64,000 bases of DNA from Naegleria gruberi (taxonomy: Eukaryota). The translations under genes and the position numbers were made by a program. The stretch is from the NCBI GenBank assembly GCA_000004985.1, contig GG738860.1, one strand, 5' to 3'. Positions within the stretch are counted from its first letter, which is position 1. Every line of letters starts with the position of its first letter. Positions 1-10,439 of the stretch are shown here, in pieces. Below the pieces are notes generated by a model. The model made no database searches, was not told the DNA's origin, and saw nothing but the letters and a program-made list of their open reading frames with translations.

Positions 1-2
1 TG

Positions 3-1175
3 ATGGAAACGAGCAGTTATTTTCCAACGTCTAAGGACTTGCTGAGGAGAATCATCTCTGAAAATCAAAAGGATACATCACAAGGATTTCAATTTAAATC
101 CTTTTCCCATTTATCGAATTTTATTGGAAATGCAATTCAAGAGGAGATTAAAAGAAGGTTACCACATTCATCATCAGGTATTAATGGGGAAAATCTTAGG
201 TTGGCTCTTGTTTTTACTCAAAACGATTTTATACCCAACACAATCAGTTCAATTCCAGAACACAATCATGATAGCACAATTCAGGAATTGTTAAAGAATG
301 AAAAAGTCGATTTCAATTTTACAGATTGTTTGGAAACACATTTTGGTAAGGAGATAGTATCTTGCTCAAGTAAGCTAATGTTCCTGTGCGTTCAGTTCTA
401 TTCGCCGCTGTTAGATTCAAATATTCAATTCAAACTACCTCTATTACCCAACAATGTCACAGGGGAAACACAGAGGGAGCAAGTTATTCAGACACTGGAA
501 GAACAAGTTGCCCAACTAGAATCAGAACTTGAGGAGATACTATACCAAAAGTATATGTGGGAATTTTTAATGAAGTACACTTTCAAGGTTTTTGATTCAC
601 GGATTATTGATACAACTAGAGTCTCAATAATGAATCAAAAGAGGACACTCAAATATATTGGTGGAGAAAAGGCAACCTGGACCAGTTGTGTTTGTCGATG
701 TCCCATTACACCAGGAAGATTTGTTGATGGCAACTTGGAATCGAATAGTGTTCATGGAGATTTGTCTTCACTCAAGACGAATCACATTCTCTCATTGAGA
801 TTGGACTCATTCCCAACAGGATCTGATATCTTTATAGGTATTATCAATGCAAACCATACAGCCGAACAAATACTTCAAAATTATGTAGTGAGCGGAAAGA
901 GTGATTCGCACACCTTCTTCCTTAAGGATAAACAATTCAGGCATGGATCTCTAATCATCAACTCAATCTCGAACAATGCAGATAGTGAATATTCATTCTC
1001 AGACGGAGATGTCATACAAGTTGTTTTGAACTACTCGAACATGAACATTAATGTCTATAGAAATTACCAACGCATTTTGCCTTCATTTGCTCCAAATGCA
1101 ATAGATTTGGAAAATACGGAATGGTATTTTGTTGTGGGATTAAGCCAAAATGGGCAGCAAATTACTCTAATATAG
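3..1175 (+). CDS. Hypothetical protein with a central coiled-coil segment and a C-terminal SPRY/B30.2-like domain. It may be 5'-truncated by the window edge.
   Basis: Continuous 390-aa ORF ending in TAG. It has a heptad-like segment (EQVAQLESELEEIL). The C-terminal ~200 aa look like a beta-sandwich, which is a weak SPRY-like impression only. Confidence 0.5.
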   Translation: METSSYFPTSKDLLRRIISENQKDTSQGFQFKSFSHLSNFIGNAIQEEIKRRLPHSSSGINGENLRLALVFTQNDFIPNTISSIPEHNHDSTIQELLKNEKVDFNFTDCLETHFGKEIVSCSSKLMFLCVQFYSPLLDSNIQFKLPLLPNNVTGETQREQVIQTLEEQVAQLESELEEILYQKYMWEFLMKYTFKVFDSRIIDTTRVSIMNQKRTLKYIGGEKATWTSCVCRCPITPGRFVDGNLESNSVHGDLSSLKTNHILSLRLDSFPTGSDIFIGIINANHTAEQILQNYVVSGKSDSHTFFLKDKQFRHGSLIINSISNNADSEYSFSDGDVIQVVLNYSNMNINVYRNYQRILPSFAPNAIDLENTEWYFVVGLSQNGQQITLI

Positions 1176-1469
1176 ATGTTATATTGATGACTAGTCATCC
1201 AACTTTGGATTGAATATGCCATTGGTCTCCTCCAAATATCAAATAAGAGACTTGAGGAACATTGCGCAAGAAGAAACAGATAGTATTAATAATCCGAATA
1301 CATCTCGTGTTTTGAAAGCAATCTCGTCATTAGAGCTTAAAATCACCAATTAAGGCTCTATTTTTGGACAAAGATATTATTAATCCAATATTCATTTTTT
1401 TTAGCGGAAGGGACCAATCAATATTGCCTTATGTGTAATTGATCAATTATTTAAGAGGAGGCGGGTAGG

Positions 1470-2246
1470 TTGGTTTTTTGGCTCAACAACAAACAAAAAA
1501 AACACACAATGTCTACTCAAGCCGATATGCAAAGAAGAAGAGCCAGAAGTATTTCAGTGCCAGAAACAGCTTCGCTATCATCATCGCTGCGATCAATTGA
1601 TATTCTGTATGAGAAATTAATGCACTATCTGCAGGAAAATGATCAATTGAAAAAGCAAATACATACACTCAATGAAGAACATCAATCAGAAATTACCAAA
1701 CTGAAAGAAATCAACTCTAGTCTCGTTTTTGAAAATACCCGATTAGAAAAGGCTCTGTATAGTATGAATGAAAATGACAATAAGGTCGATCAACAAGCTT
1801 CCATTCAACAAATCAAATATTCTCAACAGGATTCGTCGACCCTCCAACAACAACAAATGACCATTTCAAATGAAATTGAAGAATTAATGAGAAAATGTAC
1901 AGAATACCAAACCGAGTTGAACAAGGCAAGAAATGAATTACAAGACAAGAATATACTGATACAATCCCTTAACACACAAGTCAAATTAAAGAAGGAAGAA
2001 AACGATCAATTATTAGAAGCATGTAACAGTATGAAATCCAATTTAAAGAACAATCATCAAACTATCAATGTGCTGTCGACCAATGTTAAAGAACTCGTTG
2101 ATGAATGCTCGCAGTTTAGAAAGGATTGTACTCTCAGTATGAATAATATTCAGGACAAGTTTAGAGAACAATTCAAACACGTTCTGCTGAAACGATCTCA
2201 GAGAGAAGCATCCCATTCTGTATCACTAAGCCAATCCAATCTGTAA
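1470..2246 (+). CDS. Coiled-coil protein, paralog A of a tandem pair. The likely true start is the ATG at 1509 (MSTQADMQ...).
   Basis: 258-aa ORF, Q/E/K-rich with heptad periodicity. It shares N-terminal (L..D.L.EKL...L.QEN.Q.K.Q) and C-terminal (N/HVKELV.E) motifs with the downstream gene at 2548-3783. Confidence 0.55.
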   Translation: MVFWLNNKQKKHTMSTQADMQRRRARSISVPETASLSSSLRSIDILYEKLMHYLQENDQLKKQIHTLNEEHQSEITKLKEINSSLVFENTRLEKALYSMNENDNKVDQQASIQQIKYSQQDSSTLQQQQMTISNEIEELMRKCTEYQTELNKARNELQDKNILIQSLNTQVKLKKEENDQLLEACNSMKSNLKNNHQTINVLSTNVKELVDECSQFRKDCTLSMNNIQDKFREQFKHVLLKRSQREASHSVSLSQSNL

Positions 2247-2547
2247 ATAAATGTATACATGTAAATAATATTGTAAATATGTTGAATGAATCTTTTATGG
2301 AAGAACTGTAAATGATTGTTTTGAACAATTCTCTTATTTTGGGAAGATAAATTTCAATTAGATCATCTCTTCTTATTAAGGTGATGGAATCAATTAGACA
2401 TACTTGAATAAAGCTTATGCCTTAATAAAATTTTAGGGATTAGACAGTGACTGTTATTGAAACTGGCGCACCAGAAACAATTATAAAAATTCAAGAGATA
2501 TCAATTAGATCACTTTACAATGAAAAGTACCTATTGAATGCCTATCC

Positions 2548-3783
2548 ATGTCACTCAATGTCAACTCAACTCTAAGAAAAATGCACAAATTATATCAACA
2601 ACAATTAGAGCAAGCTTTAGAACAATTAGAATTTCCCTCCTCATCTTGCAACCCTTCACTTCTTCATCCAAATTCTCATCACTCTCTTCACCAACCATCA
2701 ACAACATCATCATCCTATCATCACGCCACTAATTCAGCTAGGAAACAATTCTCCCTCTCACCTTCTTCCTCATCCTCTGATTATTACCCAAGGAAACGAT
2801 CTCAAAGCGTTGTTGATTCTTCGGAAAATCAAATCGATGTTGCCTCATCACTCACTGCACTCGATGCTTTGCATGAAAAGCTGAAAATGTTAAGTCAGGA
2901 GAATAAACAAATGAAAATGCAATTGGATGGCTGCACCTGTAGAGATAATATGAAAAAAAAGGGTTTTGGCGGGAGTTTTGAGGGAGCTTCGTATCAAGAG
3001 TTGGATTATGAGAATTTTATATTAAAGAAGGAGAAGGAAGAGTTGGTGGCGAGAGTGGGAGTATTGGAGAGGAGAATGAGAGAAATGGAGAGTAGGAAAC
3101 GAGATTGGGAGAATAAGGAAGTGATAATTGAGGAAAATGAAGCGGAGGATTCGAGTAATTTTGACTGCTTGATTGAGGAAAGTAATGAACAGGAGATTGT
3201 GGAAGATTTATCTATTTTATTAGAGAATGAAGAAATTGTAAACGAGAGAAAATCAATGGAAATGAGAACAACAGCAACTTTGGATATTTCAATCCAATGT
3301 GAATCAATTGAAAAAGAAGATAAAGAAACAAATACAAATGAAACAGAACCAATGACTGTAGATAATGAAATTAAGAATAATATTCAATTAGAAATTGAAC
3401 AGAATAATCTGGTGCTTCCTTCTTTGGAAGATGAAAAAATAGCAAATGTTAAACTTGAAGAAATTGAAATGATTTCAGAAGAAATTCAAACTATTGAAGA
3501 TTATCCATCACCAGTTGTAGACAATTCAAAAATCATGCAACTTTCTGAACAAATTGAAAACCTAAAGGCAGAATTACAAGTCAAAACTGATTTAATTTCA
3601 ACTCTCCAAAAGGAAAAGGAACAATACGAAAAGAATGAACAAGAACATCAAAAAGTTATGAATCAACTCACATCCCATGTTAAGGAACTTGTTAAGGAGA
3701 GTGCCCTTCTCAGAAGAGAATACAATGAAAGCATTCGTAAATTGAAAGAAGAATTAATTGCTTGCAATGATGATAAACAGTGA
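2548..3783 (+). CDS. Acidic coiled-coil protein, paralog B of the tandem pair.
   Basis: 411-aa ORF ending in TGA. It has an S-rich N-terminus, an E-rich middle, and terminal coiled-coil motifs shared with the 1470-2246 gene. Confidence 0.55.
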   Translation: MSLNVNSTLRKMHKLYQQQLEQALEQLEFPSSSCNPSLLHPNSHHSLHQPSTTSSSYHHATNSARKQFSLSPSSSSSDYYPRKRSQSVVDSSENQIDVASSLTALDALHEKLKMLSQENKQMKMQLDGCTCRDNMKKKGFGGSFEGASYQELDYENFILKKEKEELVARVGVLERRMREMESRKRDWENKEVIIEENEAEDSSNFDCLIEESNEQEIVEDLSILLENEEIVNERKSMEMRTTATLDISIQCESIEKEDKETNTNETEPMTVDNEIKNNIQLEIEQNNLVLPSLEDEKIANVKLEEIEMISEEIQTIEDYPSPVVDNSKIMQLSEQIENLKAELQVKTDLISTLQKEKEQYEKNEQEHQKVMNQLTSHVKELVKESALLRREYNESIRKLKEELIACNDDKQ

Positions 3784-3976
3784 ATTCCTTTTAGAGAGTA
3801 GCCGGTCGTAGAAAATCTATCCATAATTGATTGACAAAAAATGGTAAATTCCATTCTCTGCTCATTTCTATTATAAGAAATTGAATTGGTTGGTAAATTC
3901 CCAAATCTGAAACTCAATAAATTGATTCCAACATTAAAGTGTAAATGATCAAAAAATCATAACAAAAACATTCACA

Positions 3977-4165
3977 ATGAACGCTTCAAATCCAAACCAA
4001 AAGATGTGGCTTTTAGGTTCAGCAGTTGCTCTAGCTGCTGGTGCCTATTGGTACAATAATAAAAAGTCAATTAAGAAGAAGGCACAAAAGTTAGAAAAGG
4101 AAGCAGGTAAAACAATGGAAGATGTTGGATCCTCATTGAAAAAGGAAGGTAAAAAGATGCAATAG
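3977..4165 (+). CDS. Small single-pass membrane protein with a K-rich tail. It resembles the bacterial YtxH/DUF948 small stress proteins.
   Basis: 62-aa ORF. A hydrophobic helix (WLLGSAVALAAGAYWY) is followed by a lysine-rich segment (KKSIKKKAQKLEKEAGK). Confidence 0.4.
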   Translation: MNASNPNQKMWLLGSAVALAAGAYWYNNKKSIKKKAQKLEKEAGKTMEDVGSSLKKEGKKMQ

Positions 4166-4235
4166 ATGGTGATTTAGCTCTTGGCCAAGTTGAAATTTGT
4201 GTTGATTTTTTATATTACAAATATATTACACTCTC

Positions 4236-4801
4236 TTAAACACTGAACCAATTGAGACAATTAATAAATTCTTGGAAGTTAATCTTTTCATCTCCATTCT
4301 TATCCAATTCAGCTAATACTTGTTCAATAGGATCCATGTCTTCATACTTTTCAGAGAGTTTTTGATGGAATGATGTGAATTCGGGAATGGAAAGAAGCTT
4401 GCTATTGTCCTTATCATATTGTTTGAATAATTTACAAGCAGAAACGAGGAGTTTCAATTTATCAGCTCTTAAAATCCCCTTTTTAGAAGCCAAAGCTTGC
4501 CAACATCCAAAGAATTCATCAAAAGTTAAAGTGTGGCTTCCGTCAGCATCCAAAAACAAGTGAATAGCTTCCAATTCCTCAGCATTAAGCTCAAAGCCCA
4601 TATCTGCAAATAATCTATCTAATTCCTTCAAGTCCATTTCATTATTTTCATTCTAAAATTAAATATCAGATTAAGTTTCAATAATAGAAAAAAGAATTCC
4701 TCAATGATCGCATCAACATGATGAAATTTTAAACCTACCCTATCATACTTATTAAACAAGGCCTGAATAATATTCTTTTCTTCCTCAGTAATAGCGTGCA
4801 T
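4236..4801 (-). CDS. EF-hand calcium-binding protein, calmodulin-like in size at ~160 aa. It has two exons: join(4801..4739, 4652..4236) on the minus strand.
   Basis: The downstream exon is an ORF with three further EF-hand-like loops (DADGSHTLTFDEF, DKDNSKLLSIPEF, DKNGDEKINFQEF). An upstream 63-nt exon (MHAITEEEKNIIQALFNKYDR) is joined through an 86-nt GTAGGT...TTTTAG intron. Splicing reconstructs a canonical 12-residue EF loop, DRNENNEMDLKE, across the junction. Confidence 0.7.
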
Positions 4802-5218
4802 TCTTGGTGTGGTTGGTGGTGGAGATAATTTTTTTTAATTTATTGGTCTCTCTACAATTATCAAGGGTCACCATCATGAACTTGTGTGCAAGAGAAATTA
4901 AGGTCAAGATGAGTGCTGTTGGTTGACAATAACGAAAACGAAGAATTGACTATAATGAATAAATTAAGGGGATTGAATAAGTGGATTTGTCCAGGATTCT
5001 GAATGAAGAAATTAGTATTAATTTGCAGTAATTAAAACGATTCTAGAAGTTACTATTTTCTCAAATGATCATCCAACCCTTTATACAAACAGATTTACAA
5101 CATATTACAACATATTCACAAAAAGAAGATCATTGGTCCCAAGTTTACAACAAAGAAACATTTCCAATAGCTTGACCAATAAGAAGATTTTCAAAATCAA
5201 GAACATCATTATAAAAAA

Positions 5219-5875
5219 ATGTCTGACAACAATTTACCCATTCTCCACTCTTATTGGAGAGCATCCAGTCCATACAGAGTTAGAATTGCTCTCGGCTTGA
5301 AGAATATTGAATATCAATATGCACCTGTTAATTTATTGGAAAATAAACAAGCTTCCGATGAATATATGCAAAAGAATCCTGCCAAGTTACTGCCAACATT
5401 GGAGATTGATGGTCTCGTACTAACACAATCTGTTCCGATCATGGAATATTTGGAAGAAACTAGACCAAACCAAGGAGTACATTTACTTCCTTCCGATCCA
5501 ATTAAAAGACACACTGTGAGACAAATTACACAAATGGTTGCCTCTGATATTCAACCAATTCAAAATTTGAGATTGTTGAAAAAGCTTAAAGAGGATTTTA
5601 ATGTTGATGAGCAAGGAAAGGCTGCTTGGTCTAAACATTGGATTGAACTTGGATTCAATTCTATTGAAAAGGTTTTGGAAAAGACTGCTGGAAAGTTTTG
5701 TGTTGGAGATGATGTATCCATGGCTGATTGTTGTTTAATTCCTCAAGTGTATGGTGCCAGAAGATACGGTGTTGATATGAACAAGTATCCAATCATTGCC
5801 AGAATTGAACGTGCCTGTGCTGAAATGGAAGCATTCAAGAAGGCTCATCCAGAGCAACAAGTTGATAAATTTTAA
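5219..5875 (+). CDS. GSTZ1: Glutathione S-transferase zeta / maleylacetoacetate isomerase.
   Basis: 218-aa intronless ORF. The N-terminus (LHSYWRASSPYRVRIALGLKNIEYQ...LLPTLEIDGLVLTQSVPIMEYLEE) matches the GST-zeta signature (SSCSWRVRIAL...VPTL.IDG....S.AI.EYLEE). The length matches GSTZ. Confidence 0.9.
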   Translation: MSDNNLPILHSYWRASSPYRVRIALGLKNIEYQYAPVNLLENKQASDEYMQKNPAKLLPTLEIDGLVLTQSVPIMEYLEETRPNQGVHLLPSDPIKRHTVRQITQMVASDIQPIQNLRLLKKLKEDFNVDEQGKAAWSKHWIELGFNSIEKVLEKTAGKFCVGDDVSMADCCLIPQVYGARRYGVDMNKYPIIARIERACAEMEAFKKAHPEQQVDKF

Positions 5876-6018
5876 TTCATTTCAATTTATTCCCAATAAT
5901 TGATCAGCATTTACTGATATGGGTGATTTGAAAAGTTATATAATTACAAGTTAAATTATCATTTTAGTAGTTTAATATCTCGTTAAAATTGTCACAATAG
6001 ACCTCACTCAGTCCATTA

Positions 6019-7915
6019 TCATATTTCTTCAATACTTTCTCTGGCCTTTTGCTTTTCAGCAACAGTGAGTTTTTCAAGTAATGTTCCTGCTGTGGATGGA
6101 TTCAATTTATCAGATGCATTTTCCACAGCAGTTTGAACGAGAGAAACAATCTCTTCGTCGAAATGTTTCAGTAAATGTTCATCCAAAAACCAGAAAATCC
6201 TCTCAGTTGGTACCTTGCACGATACAAAGAGTGAAATAATTTCATTGGAAAAGTGCTCCTTGTACAAGTATCCACTTTCAATGTATTTTTTCAGAAAGTT
6301 TTCACTTTCGTTTGCTATTTTAGATTGTGTATTACTCCACATTGTTCCCATTATGAAAACCATTTGAAGAAAATTAGAATGTTCACCCTCATATATTGAA
6401 TCCAAGAGAGATTGATTAGGAAGTACATTGTTGATAAGATCCAATCCTTTACAAATTTCCTTTCCCATATGAACATCTCCTGATTGGTAAATTAGCTCAA
6501 TAGCACCAATTAATACATTCAAAAATGTGACATTTTCTAAATAATAGCAATAAAATACAGTAACACATATACCATATTTTTGTAGACGGTTAGAGAATGT
6601 ATTGAATAATTGAAACCTACTTGGATCTTTTGGTGTTTGCTCACTGATTAGGAATCGATAGGCTTGTAAGATGGGATGTTTAGATAATTGCTCGACTGAA
6701 ATTCTATCTGCAGGATTAGCTGCAATACATAAACTGATTAATGTGCGAAGGGATGGTAGTTTGATTTTTTCAAGAAGAGGTTGTAAGTCAACCATATCTG
6801 ATTGGAAAAATGAGGCAAATTGCTCGTGAGAAACTCCTGAACAAACCTCTAAAAATGTTATTCCCATACTGTGGTAGGTCAGTATTTTGAAGTATTCAAT
6901 AAAACTTACGAAAAGACATCAGCTTTAGAGCTGTATGCATTTCTGAAAGCAACTTCAGGTGATATATATATTGGACTGCCACAAATTGTGTGATTTTGAG
7001 TTAGTGTGACTTCCATTACAGATTTGGCCAAACCAAAATCAGCCAATTTTACAACACCACTACTTAATAACAAATTTCCAGGTTTGATGTCTCTGTGAAT
7101 GACTCCCTTTTTTTCAAAGTATACCAACACATCAACCATTGATGAAAACCATTCCACTAATTTCTTATAGGGCAGTCTCGAGGTTTGTCCCAAATCTATA
7201 ATATCTCCTAAGCTCCCTCCATCACAATATTCCGAAACAAGTGCAATAGCATCCTTCTTAATTTTTGGTGTAAAATCTTCAAGATTATTTTTTTTAATGC
7301 ATAATTGCACAGCTCACAACTTACCAATTTTCAAATAAAATTGATCTATGTATTTCAATACATTTTGGTGATCCAATGATTTTAAAATATTAATTTCATT
7401 GTCAATTTTAGCTTGTGCATTCACCATTTGTGTAGTGTTGGTTGTAGTTGAGCTAGTAGGAGCAACCATTACTTTCATTGCATAGAATTGACAGGAAGGA
7501 GTAGGTGATGAATAGGTCGCAGTGGATTTTCTAGTTGGTTGGTTGAAAACTGTGTCGAAAATCTTGCTATTGACAGCTGACAAAGGACTGTGAGCATTTC
7601 TCACACTCGGAGACCTGTCCTCTCTAACTCTCTTCACTTTAAACACTAACAGAATAATAATATTAGCATCACATTCATCATCATTTAAAACCTACCCTGT
7701 CCAAATGCACCTAAATAATTAATAGATCAATATTTCATCAAATATTTCTTCTTACCTTCTCCAATTTTAGAGACAACTTCATAACTTCCATAAACTTTTC
7801 CAATAGCACAAAACGTATTACCACTACTCGCTGGTTTACCATTAAATAACATATCAGAAGCTTCCCTATTGAGAAATCCATCCGAATCTTCACTCATAGA
7901 GGTTCTATTGCCCAT
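6019..7915 (-). CDS. N-myristoylated Ser/Thr protein kinase with a C-terminal helical (ARM/HEAT-like) domain. It has five exons, one of them a 15-nt micro-exon: join(7915..7756, 7710..7696, 7645..7325, 7276..6910, 6868..6019) on the minus strand. Predicted length ~570 aa.
   Basis: Kinase motifs are spread across four ORFs: MGNRTS (Met-Gly-x-x-x-Ser myristoylation start), YAMKV, HRDIKPGNLLL, DFGLAK, SPEV and DVFSMG. The introns are GTAAGA/GTAGGT/GTAAGT...AG, 41-50 nt. The micro-exon GTGCATTTGGACAGG restores the glycine loop GEGAFGQVFKV. Confidence 0.8.
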
Positions 7916-8385
7916 TTTTTTAGATGTGAAAATTGATCAGTGTTGATTCCTTGTCTAATTTCCAATCAATTTAATTTATACCAATAATATATTATTATTA
8001 TTAATAATTTAATGATGACGATAGAGAAAAATCTCTTGGGAAATGTGAGTTTTCCCTCCAAAACACAAAATCGTAATTTTTTTAAATTTTTAAAAAAAAA
8101 AGAACTCTGAAAATGAATTGGTTAACCAGAGAGATTTAATCTCAAACCGGAATTAAAGTGTTTGATTGATGGAGCTGAATGTTGGACTTGCTCGTTTACA
8201 TAACTTGCAACCAATAGTAAAGTACCAAGAATTGATGTCAGACAATCCAATAGCTTATTATAAGGCAAAAAAAGAATAGTCCAACAAGCTTCTTGATAAG
8301 ACAAATAGCTTCATTCATTTTGTAAATCGAAAGAATAGTTCATAGTTTCATCAATATTTAGAAAGAATTTATTGAGAACAGTGAA

Positions 8386-10020
8386 TTATTGTTGCTTGAC
8401 TGCAAGACTACTTAATTTTCTTTCTGACTTATCTTCCTTCTTTCTCAACTTGCCCCTAAGCGCTTCCTTTTGGGTTTGTTTTTGGAATTCTACAGTTTGT
8501 TTGAAACGGTGATGAGTATCGAGCATGAGGATGCAAATTTCTGATTCAACTCCATCGAACAATTGATCTCCCAAATGCTCATTTTGGCCAGTTGCAAAGA
8601 AGTCTAACTGTTGCTTGACCTTATCTCCAACTTGTTTGTTGATATTGACCGATTTTTCACCATGAACATCCAAGAAATCGGTAAAGATTTCAAAGGCAAT
8701 TTCATACTTTTTCTTTTCAATTTCAGCAAGATCCTTTTCAGTATAGCCCTTTTTCTTCTTCTTCTTTTTGGTTTCAGTGGCAGAACTTGCTTCAGAAACA
8801 CCATCAGAAAGACTCAAGTCGCTGTCATAGAGGTAGACTTGAATGTCAAATGATTTTTCACAGAGACACTTGTAATCAGTAATCTTGTCCAATAGGAGAA
8901 AGTTATCCAAACTCATCTCTTGCTTGCAATGGTTCTTGAATAGATTTCTCAATTTGTCATCTCTAAAGGTATCCATCAAAAGGAAGGCTTTAATTTGCTT
9001 CAACTTCTTGGAATTGGTGGCATCCTTCTTTACAGAGAGAACAATTGAAGCTATCATGACAGGAACAACAATCAAAATTGAAACACAAATAACAATCAAA
9101 CAAATCGTGGTAATGATTACAGAAAAGTCCAAGCTATCTTTTGTCAATTGTTGGATATAATCAACGAGTGGTTCAAATTCAATATCAAAACCTTCGACAT
9201 AGTACTTGTATGCCTCACTTTCCAAAAGGTCCATAGCTATGGAGTAGTTTCCTTCTTTGGCATACTTGATAACTAAACTTTCAACTCCCATTGCCTTTGC
9301 AGTTCTTAAATCATCAATGCTAATATTGTGAGCTACTTGGTATTGGAGATTCTTTGGAACAGATGCCAAGATTATATTAATGTTGGCCATGAACCCCTTA
9401 TAGTGTCCTGAGTAATCTTCGATGAATCTTTCAGCAATCTCCTCATTGCCATTGCAAAATGCTGCTCCTCTTGCATCATGTATCATCAAGTGTCTATAGT
9501 ATGCTGTATCATCATCAATACCACTTAGTTTCTGACTATAATTGCTAGTCATTACAAATGATACAATAATGATAGCTCCCAAAATTAAAAAAGCCAATAA
9601 ATTGAAACTCAACGAGGACAAGTTCAATATTTTCAACCATGATAACTCCAAAGTACCACAGCATGTTCTCAACTTGATAGCTCCTTCAGATGAGGTTGTA
9701 CTCTTAGTTGTGGATGATCGAGGAGTTTTTGAGGAGGCAATGGAACCACTCTTGTCATGAGGCTTGTTTGCTGAAGGGAAAGATTTTCCATTATCTGAGT
9801 GATCATCTGATGATGAATTGTCATATTTACTCATAGCAATATTCAATTTAATTTGAGTTGTTCCTTCTCCAGTGGAGTACCTAGGTGAAGCAAATTTGAG
9901 TTGATGTTCTACAGATGATTTTTGAATACCTTCACTAGAACTGGCCACATCACTCAACTCTATCATTGTACTTCCTATTAAATTTGCTTGGGATGAGGAA
10001 GAAAAGCCTGAATCTGACAT
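8386..10020 (-). CDS. Membrane-anchored RGS (regulator of G-protein signalling) domain protein. The 5' end is lost in the assembly gap.
   Basis: 544-aa ORF running into the N-run. It has two hydrophobic segments (LLAFLILGAIIIVSFVMT; VIITTICLIVICVSILIVVPVMIASIVLSV). The RGS-like core (MSLDNFLLLDKITDYK...YEIAFEIFTDFLDVHGEKSVNI) lies near the C-terminus and is followed by a K-rich tail. Confidence 0.7.
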   Translation of the reverse strand: MSDSGFSSSSQANLIGSTMIELSDVASSSEGIQKSSVEHQLKFASPRYSTGEGTTQIKLNIAMSKYDNSSSDDHSDNGKSFPSANKPHDKSGSIASSKTPRSSTTKSTTSSEGAIKLRTCCGTLELSWLKILNLSSLSFNLLAFLILGAIIIVSFVMTSNYSQKLSGIDDDTAYYRHLMIHDARGAAFCNGNEEIAERFIEDYSGHYKGFMANINIILASVPKNLQYQVAHNISIDDLRTAKAMGVESLVIKYAKEGNYSIAMDLLESEAYKYYVEGFDIEFEPLVDYIQQLTKDSLDFSVIITTICLIVICVSILIVVPVMIASIVLSVKKDATNSKKLKQIKAFLLMDTFRDDKLRNLFKNHCKQEMSLDNFLLLDKITDYKCLCEKSFDIQVYLYDSDLSLSDGVSEASSATETKKKKKKKGYTEKDLAEIEKKKYEIAFEIFTDFLDVHGEKSVNINKQVGDKVKQQLDFFATGQNEHLGDQLFDGVESEICILMLDTHHRFKQTVEFQKQTQKEALRGKLRKKEDKSERKLSSLAVKQQ

Positions 10021-10070
10021 TGGTCCTAATGCTTGTGGAGTGAGATTGTTATCCTGATTTGAAGAGAAGG

Positions 10071-10428
10071 NNNNNNNNNNNNNNNNNNNNNNNNNNNNNN
10101 NNNNNNNNNNNNNNNNNNNNNNNNNNNNNNNNNNNNNNNNNNNNNNNNNNNNNNNNNNNNNNNNNNNNNNNNNNNNNNNNNNNNNNNNNNNNNNNNNNNN
10201 NNNNNNNNNNNNNNNNNNNNNNNNNNNNNNNNNNNNNNNNNNNNNNNNNNNNNNNNNNNNNNNNNNNNNNNNNNNNNNNNNNNNNNNNNNNNNNNNNNNN
10301 NNNNNNNNNNNNNNNNNNNNNNNNNNNNNNNNNNNNNNNNNNNNNNNNNNNNNNNNNNNNNNNNNNNNNNNNNNNNNNNNNNNNNNNNNNNNNNNNNNNN
10401 NNNNNNNNNNNNNNNNNNGGATTTTGTC
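10071..10428. other. Assembly gap (358 N).
   Basis: Run of N characters. Confidence 1.
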
Positions 10429-10439
10429 ATGCTTGATTG

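Noticed and set aside
6040-6065. A U2-snRNA-like string, tggccttttgcttttcagc.
   Set aside because: It lies within the kinase C-terminal coding exon on the opposite strand and lacks the rest of the U2 5' sequence and the Sm site.
8604-9160. Several 60-120-aa ORFs antisense to or overlapping the RGS, secreted-protein, NHL and kinase genes, for example 8604-8853, 50706-52347 and 45898-46470.
   Set aside because: They lie inside well-supported longer genes on the other strand and are low-complexity. They are typical spurious ORFs in AT-rich coding DNA.
10026-10436. ORFs made of X residues spanning 10026-10436.
   Set aside because: These are translations of the N-run assembly gap.
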